From Candidatus Fraserbacteria bacterium (lineage in GTDB: Bacteria; Bipolaricaulota; Bipolaricaulia; RBG-16-55-9; DRXL01), in the NCBI GenBank assembly GCA_947085185.1, contig CAMTVK010000028.1:1-30206 (forward strand): a stretch of DNA of 30,206 bases, read 5' to 3'. The position numbers and the translations under genes were made by a program. This document shows positions 25,419 to 30,206 of this stretch, one piece after another; the stretch's first letter is position 1, and the number at the start of each line of letters is the position of its first letter. A model generated the notes under the pieces. It saw only the letters and a program-made list of their open reading frames with translations, made no database searches and had not been told where the DNA came from.

Positions 25419-26867
25419 TCAGATGATGCCTAAACTTTGCAGGAACTCTCTATCGTTGAACGCGATCTCGTGATCAGAAAAAATTTGCGTGCGCTCGTGG
25501 CCCTTGCCCGCAATCAAAACACAATCCCCCGGACGCGCCAGCTCCAACGCACGCAAGATCGCCCTGGCACGATCAACAATCGTCTCATAGCAAACCCCCA
25601 AGGGACGAATCCCAGACTCGATCTGTCGTATGATCTCTTCCGGGTCTTCGCTCTTGGGGTTGTCGCTGGTGATAATCGTAAAATCCGCCAAGCGCCCGCT
25701 GATCTCCCCCATAATCGGGCGCTTATAGGGATCAGACTCGCCCCCGCAGCCAAAGACGCTGATCACCCTGGGATAGAAGCTTTTCAGTGTGCGTAATATC
25801 TTTTCGAGCGAGTCCGGCGAGTGCGCAAAATCAATCCAAAGAGACACACCCTCACGCGTGCGATAGCGTTCGCATCGGCCCTCAATCTGGTGCACCGACT
25901 CGATTCGCTCTTTGATGAGCTCACGATCAAGCCCGCGCTCTATCCCTACTCCGATCGCCGCGAGAATATTATAGACATAGAACTCCCCCGGAAGGCTCGT
26001 CTCGATGGGCAGATTCCCTGCAGGAGTGTGCGCGATAAATTTCGACCCTGCGGGGCTGAGCGCGATCTCATCTGCCCATAAGTCATACGTCGGGCTAAGC
26101 CCGTAGGTCCAGACCCGTGCGCGCGTCGCTTCGCGGAAAGCCCCCTGATACGGGTCGTCACCATTGATGATCGCGCGCGCGTCGGGACGAAGACCTTCAA
26201 AGAGCCGCAGCTTCGCGCGAAGATATTCGGCCATCGAACGATAATAGTCGAGATGGTCATGAGTAAGATTGGTGAAGATCGCGACGTCGAAGTCTATCCC
26301 ATAGACGCGCTCTTGGGAGAGCGCATGGGCTGAGACTTCCAGCACAAGGTGCTTCTGTCCAGATTGGAGGGCTTCCCAGGCGCGCCGCTGAATCTCTACG
26401 GCGCCTGGGGTCGTGTAGGGGAGATTATGCTCTAACGCGTTGTGCACGGTCGTGCTGAGGGCCGACTCGCCCAAGACAGCCGCAGCTAATACAGCTACAG
26501 ATGTCTTGCCGTTTGTGCCGGTGACGCCCACTGTGAAGAGCTTTTCAGTTGGGAAGTCATAGAAGGCGCAAGCGAGCTGAGCGAGCGCCCGCCGGGAATT
26601 CCAGACGACCACATAGGGAATATGAGCGGGGAGTTTCAGATCGGCTCGCTGGCCCACGATAGCTACGGCTCCCTTGGCGATGGCCGTCCCAATATAGTGA
26701 TGGCCATCGTGCTGAGAACCGGGGATAGCGACGAAGAGCGCGCCAGGCTGCACTTCCCGAGAGTCATCGGTGACCTGAGAGATACGCACCGCACGATCCC
26801 CATAGACAGCGCGATGGGGAAGAGATGCTAAGAGCTCTTGCAAGAGCTTTGAGGGTGATAGAGTCAT
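25419..26867 (-). CDS. murE: MurE-type UDP-MurNAc-dipeptide:amino acid ligase
   Basis: DSR, GVTGTNGKTS, TTP, EVSAH, FTNLTHDHLDY, DFAHSPD, FGCGG, SDNPK, AGKGHE. Start 26867 preferred because of TTGCTA-17 nt-TAGAGT (26902..26874). Confidence 0.92.
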   Translation of the reverse strand: MTLSPSKLLQELLASLPHRAVYGDRAVRISQVTDDSREVQPGALFVAIPGSQHDGHHYIGTAIAKGAVAIVGQRADLKLPAHIPYVVVWNSRRALAQLACAFYDFPTEKLFTVGVTGTNGKTSVAVLAAAVLGESALSTTVHNALEHNLPYTTPGAVEIQRRAWEALQSGQKHLVLEVSAHALSQERVYGIDFDVAIFTNLTHDHLDYYRSMAEYLRAKLRLFEGLRPDARAIINGDDPYQGAFREATRARVWTYGLSPTYDLWADEIALSPAGSKFIAHTPAGNLPIETSLPGEFYVYNILAAIGVGIERGLDRELIKERIESVHQIEGRCERYRTREGVSLWIDFAHSPDSLEKILRTLKSFYPRVISVFGCGGESDPYKRPIMGEISGRLADFTIITSDNPKSEDPEEIIRQIESGIRPLGVCYETIVDRARAILRALELARPGDCVLIAGKGHERTQIFSDHEIAFNDREFLQSLGII

Positions 26868-26999
26868 AGCCATACTCTAGTAGAGAGTTTTAGGTATAGC
26901 AAGGGCGGCTGTCCATTGCCGGTGCTTCAGCCCGCACCTGCTTTGTGTGAATCCTGGGACGTGCAGTGCTTCGCACGAAGTATGGCTCCACCCATTAGA

Positions 27000-27050
27000 C
27001 CTCTCCCCTCGTCCCTCCCCTAAAGGGGGAGGGGAACTCCCCTTCCCTTT
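27000..27050. repeat. REP-like C-run/G-run hairpin
   Basis: CCCTCCCC-TAAAG-GGGGAGGG stem preceded by CCTCTCCCCTC; same style as 1815-1860. Confidence 0.5.
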
Positions 27051-27088
27051 TGCTGGCTCTCTGTTGCCACGATATACTTCACGGCAGA

Positions 27089-27287
27089 ATGAAGCAGCGT
27101 GCGGTGCTTCGCACTCTGGGCGAAAAGCTCTTTGATCTGGGGCAATCTAGCGGCAGCGGCTCTGCTCTTCGGCAAGGCGCTGGCCCTGCAAGAGGTGCCG
27201 ACCCTGGCGTTGGTGATTGGCGGAATGGCCTTTGTGGGGTTGTACGCGTTCGGGATAATTCTGGTATACTTGGGCGAGGAGGAGTGA
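27089..27287 (+). pseudogene. Small two-TM membrane protein with +1 frameshift (or sequencing error)
   Basis: MKQRAVLRTLGEKLFDL continues as GNLAAAALLFG...YLGEEE* if one G is removed from GGGG 27139-27142; promoter TTGCTG-17 nt-TATACT at 27050-27078. Confidence 0.65.
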
Positions 27288-27291
27288 TGAC

Positions 27292-27390
27292 ATGACGGAA
27301 CTGACTTGGTTCTTAATTGCGATTGCGTCTGCGGCGCTGGTGATGGGGTTAGTAACCCTCTTTTGGGTGCGATACCGCGAGACGCATTAG
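27292..27390 (+). CDS. 32-aa single-TM small protein
   Basis: MTELTWFLIAIASAALVMGLVTLFWVRYRETH; strong SD GAGGAGGAG; below the ORF-track cut-off. Confidence 0.65.
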   Translation: MTELTWFLIAIASAALVMGLVTLFWVRYRETH

Positions 27391-27423
27391 GTGCGGGTGT
27401 TGGAGATACTGCTTAACAGTCGT

Positions 27424-28464
27424 TCACGGTGCGCCCGCGGCCTGCTCCAGCGTCCGCAGCACCTCATGCAGGTCCATATTCTGCAGCTTCTGCCAAATGT
27501 CCTCACCCGTCAGCTCGCTCAAGATACGCGCGGCCTCTTTGGCATTGGGGAAGCCGCGCTGGCTGATACGCTGCCAGAACGTCTTGATCACCCCCTCCCC
27601 GTGCTTCTGCGCGATCTGCAGCCAGAAAGCGAGCGATACACCATAGCCTGCTGCAATCTTCACTGCCGCGGCGCCCTGTGGTAAGAGCCTTCGGCTATCT
27701 TCTCTACCAAAAAAGTATACTTCTCTATGCCCAAGAAACTCCTGTGTCAGATTGTAAGTGGGAGGCTCACGCCCTTGTAGCGCTTCTTGTACATTCTTTC
27801 GCCTTCCCTCCAAGAAATGTCTATGAACCTCTAGATCGAATTCTTTGCTGACTATGTATCCAACGTATTCGGCTAGGCCGTCCTCAAACCCTCGAGTCCG
27901 AAGATCGGAGCGCCATCCCTTATCTAGTCCGCTCTCTAAAGCTTCGTTCACAGCCCTATGCAGCATCTCATGGGGCATAGTCAAGTAAATAGACAGTCGA
28001 GTCTTTAAGTCTGCCTCTTGTAGGCTTTGCAAGCCTGGGGGAACCTTTACTGGAAAAGGGGGATTTGGAGACCTCGGGCGCTGTTGTAGCGCACTCAGCA
28101 GAGATTGCTTCACCTGTTGTTTGAGATAAATCCCTCCGATCTCTGCCCGCTCGCTTTCCGACAATGCCACCAGGACAACACCAAAAGCCCCTAAGGCAAT
28201 CCCAAGTCTCCCGGCTACAAGCTGCCAGCCTTGTCGAAGAGCGTGGATAACGTCGCCAGCTAGCCTGCGCTGCTGCGGCTCAAAGTAGACGGTGATCTCC
28301 CCCTGTGTAAGGTGCTGCATGGAGGAGAGATCAATCTCCTTGAGGGGTTTGCTCCGATCCCAAACTGAGGAGGTTGTGACCGTAAGTGTAACAGTTGGGC
28401 CTCCCAAGACCATCAAGAGGGCTAACAACAATATGCCCAGCAGAATTAAGAGTTCGTTCCTCAA
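27424..28464 (-). CDS. Exported or membrane-anchored gluzincin-like (peptidase MA-like) protein
   Basis: TTG start with SD GGGGAGGTGA; hydrophobic N-terminus; HEMLH plus downstream GFEDGLAEY and YGVSLAF. Confidence 0.75.
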   Translation of the reverse strand: MRNELLILLGILLLALLMVLGGPTVTLTVTTSSVWDRSKPLKEIDLSSMQHLTQGEITVYFEPQQRRLAGDVIHALRQGWQLVAGRLGIALGAFGVVLVALSESERAEIGGIYLKQQVKQSLLSALQQRPRSPNPPFPVKVPPGLQSLQEADLKTRLSIYLTMPHEMLHRAVNEALESGLDKGWRSDLRTRGFEDGLAEYVGYIVSKEFDLEVHRHFLEGRRKNVQEALQGREPPTYNLTQEFLGHREVYFFGREDSRRLLPQGAAAVKIAAGYGVSLAFWLQIAQKHGEGVIKTFWQRISQRGFPNAKEAARILSELTGEDIWQKLQNMDLHEVLRTLEQAAGAP

Positions 28465-28500
28465 GGAAGGTCACCTCCCCTTAAGATAGCTCTGCTCTAT

Positions 28501-28542
28501 AGTTTATTTGAGGGCAGCCTCAATGTCAAGGCTGCCCTCGAA
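28501..28542 (-). promoter_or_regulatory. Promoter embedded in an inverted repeat
   Basis: Minus strand TTGACA(28529-28524)-17 nt-TAAACT(28506-28501); arms 28507-28520 and 28529-28542 (GAGGGCAGCCT/AGGCTGCCCTC core). Confidence 0.72.
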
Positions 28543-28543
28543 C

Positions 28544-28632
28544 TCATTCGCTCTTGTTCAAAAAGTAAAAAATTGATCCTACAGCCCAACCGCCGTTGCG
28601 ATGAGCTTGAATTTCTTGTTGCACATCTGCAT
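28544..28632 (-). pseudogene. Collapsed cassette: truncated signal-peptide-like ORF plus hydrophobic C-terminal remnant
   Basis: SD AGAAGGAGG then MQMCNKKFKLIATAVGL* (28632-28579); an overlapping frame ends GWAVGSIFYFLNKSE* at 28544. Confidence 0.5.
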
Positions 28633-28644
28633 CTCCTCCTTCTG
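28623..28644. repeat. 22-bp direct repeat, copy 1 (RBS + start on minus strand)
   Basis: ACATCTGCATCTCCTCCTTCTG, identical to 30185-30206. Confidence 0.92.
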
Positions 28645-28730
28645 TGAGATAGATTTGGTCTGACTTTCGGGCGAACACAAGAGCACTGGTTTTCTCAGCC
28701 CGCACGTGGTAATATAAAGACGGCGAACCT

Positions 28731-28931
28731 ATGAGCCTCCAAGAAGCCGTGCAAGAGTTCGAGAGCATGTTGGAGCAAATCGCCAGATACCAGACCTCTG
28801 GCAATGGCTCCGTCGAGGCCTTCCTCAGGGAGTACAAGATCGATTTTGAACCCTCCCCAGCAGTCCGACCCAAAGCGCAGGGGCTCTCCAGCTCAGCTGT
28901 TATCCGGGAGATTCGCGAAGGCCGATGGTGA
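28731..28931 (+). CDS. Putative VapB-like antitoxin
   Basis: 66 aa, overlaps the PIN gene start; C-terminal SSAVIREIRE motif. Confidence 0.65.
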   Translation: MSLQEAVQEFESMLEQIARYQTSGNGSVEAFLREYKIDFEPSPAVRPKAQGLSSSAVIREIREGRW

Positions 28932-29413
28932 AGGTCTACCTTGACACCAGTGCCCTCATCAAGCGATACATCGAAGAGGAGGGCACAGAGATCATAGACG
29001 TTCTCTTCGACAGGGCCTCGCCGCAGCTCACCTTGGTCATCTCGTTGTGGAACCTAAGTGAGAGCATGGTCGTTGTGGACAAATATCGTCGGCGTGGAGC
29101 CCTCTCTGATGAGGAGTTGCGGGGACTGGTGCGACAGTTGATCACGGAGATTCGAGAGTATTGGGGGAAGGGGGTATTGAGGATCGTGCCGCTGCCGCCG
29201 GACCTTCTGGTAGAGACGTGGCGGTACATTCTGGATCAGCATGTCTATGCCGGCGATGCTGTACAGATAGTGACCTGTGTTCGGGAGCGATGTGACTTTT
29301 TAGTGGCAGCGGACCAGCGCCTGGTGGAGGTATGTCGGCAGCTGGGGATCGAGTGTGTTAATCCGGAGTTGGCTGAGGACCGGCAGAAGATAAGAGATCA
29401 GCTCCTCCGTTAG
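28925..29413 (+). CDS. vapC: PIN-domain (VapC-type) toxin
   Basis: VYLDTSALIKRY.EE.GT, SE, DAVQI, AADQRL acidic catalytic positions. Confidence 0.9.
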   Translation: MVKVYLDTSALIKRYIEEEGTEIIDVLFDRASPQLTLVISLWNLSESMVVVDKYRRRGALSDEELRGLVRQLITEIREYWGKGVLRIVPLPPDLLVETWRYILDQHVYAGDAVQIVTCVRERCDFLVAADQRLVEVCRQLGIECVNPELAEDRQKIRDQLLR

Positions 29414-29458
29414 GCCTGCAGTTTGCTCTAAGGTGCGCAGCACCTCGCGAAGATCCAT
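29414..29458 (-). pseudogene. C-terminal remnant of a paralog of the 27424..28464 peptidase
   Basis: MDLREVLRTLEQTAG versus MDLHEVLRTLEQAAG: 13/15 identical with many synonymous differences. Confidence 0.8.
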
Positions 29459-29879
29459 CTACGGGGAAATCCCCCCAATGAACCCTAGCCATAGACAAAA
29501 GTTATACAACGTATGGGCCACAATCGCTGCTATCAAATTCTTTCTCCAAATGTAGAGCAGCCCATAGAAATAGCCGAAGACAGTAATTATCGCAATTCCC
29601 TTTAATCCTTGGTTGAAGTGTCCGATTCAGACGCAAGATCCCTTTGAGAATAAGCAAGGCAAGAGCAAAGAACAAGAGGAGCTGAACAATATAGATAGAA
29701 GGCCAGGGCGGTAAAGGTGCCCATATATATGCAGCAACTATTAGTATGGATGTGATAATGAAGAAGGGCCAGCTCACAGGCAGCGAGAACGTGGCATCTG
29801 GGCCGTGCTGGTAGAGCCAGTTAGCAGGGCTCCAGAGTGCCCAACGGGTGATTCGGCGTAGCCACGTGCGATGTAGCAT
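29459..29879 (-). pseudogene. CPBP (Abi/CAAX) intramembrane protease, internally deleted and frameshifted
   Basis: TM-rich N-terminus from ATG 29879. A second frame (29626-29459) reads IGHFNQGLKGIAIITVFGYFYGLLYIWRKNLIAAIVAHTLYNF...*, matching CPBP His motifs (H.xQG and HxxxN); EExxxR is absent. Promoter TTGCTT-17 nt-TATACT at 29923-29895. Confidence 0.75.
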
Positions 29880-29913
29880 CAGGGATCTTTCAAGAGTATA
29901 AACGCGCACTTTG

Positions 29914-30194
29914 CTAAAAGCAAGGAGGATTGTTGTTATTTTGCTGTCCACATACTGCGCCCGCCGCACATTGTTATACGTTCATTGTGCAACCGCCTGC
30001 TGTAAGTAGCACAACACCGAGCATAATAGCGAACCATACAGGATTCCGTTTGTTGACAGTGAAAGCTGACCTCGTACGGGCCCTGGCCCAGCCTGCTGGC
30101 TAATAACTGGCATTATCTGTAGCCACAGCAGCAAGGCTGACATCGTCATGATACCGAGCAGTTTTACCGTGCGTCTGAGCCTGAACATCTGCAT
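29914..30194 (-). pseudogene. Secreted small peptide gene, possibly a frameshifted Cys-rich peptide (or intact 70-aa ORF 29982..30194)
   Basis: SD AGAAGGAGG, signal-like MQMFRLRRTVKLLGIMTMSALLLWLQIMPVIS; shifted frames give GPYEVSFHCQQTESCMVRYYARCCATY and QCAAGAVCGQQNNNNPPCF*. Confidence 0.45.
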
Positions 30195-30206
30195 CTCCTC
30201 CTTCTG
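30185..30206. repeat. 22-bp direct repeat, copy 2 (may extend past the window edge)
   Basis: Identical to 28623-28644. Confidence 0.92.

Noticed and set aside
28544..28873. 109-aa minus-strand ORF as a real gene
   Set aside because: It is antisense to the antitoxin and runs through the leader repeat out of frame; only its last 15 or so codons may be a remnant.
27411..29415. Integron attC sites (GCTTAAC at 27411, GTTAGGC at 29409)
   Set aside because: No properly paired R''/R' boxes at attC spacing and no integrase.

Overview
Bacterial, GC-rich, gene-dense chromosomal window. The gene set suggests a thermophilic deep-branching diderm such as Bipolaricaulota/Acetothermia (inference only). From 1 to about 26.9 kb it is mostly housekeeping: probable IS end, adenosine-kinase-family protein, secreted HExxH protein, HU, FMN reductase, methylcitrate-cycle operon (prpC-prpD-prpB), thioesterase, secreted beta-helix protein, yggT, ribD, htrA, tRNA-Pro(CGG), class II aldolase-like protein, Zn-ribbon protein, yyaL, a 1089-aa LptF/G-LptD fusion, an EF-G paralog, yjbQ, pyrBI, thpR, archease and an orphan murE. 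From about 26.9 kb to the end it is an accessory region. Best leads: (1) a tandemly repeated, decaying three-gene unit (shared leader + secreted, probably Cys-rich peptide; CPBP/Abi intramembrane protease; gluzincin peptidase) split by a vapBC-type pair, visible only by reading frames that the ORF track misses; (2) a single-ORF LptF/G-OstA-LptD fusion with an internal signal-peptide-like segment; (3) a promoter-driven rod-like RNA ahead of ribD that does not match the FMN riboswitch pattern; (4) a switch-like 5'UTR before the Zn-ribbon gene; (5) frequent leaderless gene starts. All family calls are motif recognition by eye; no searches or folding programs were run.
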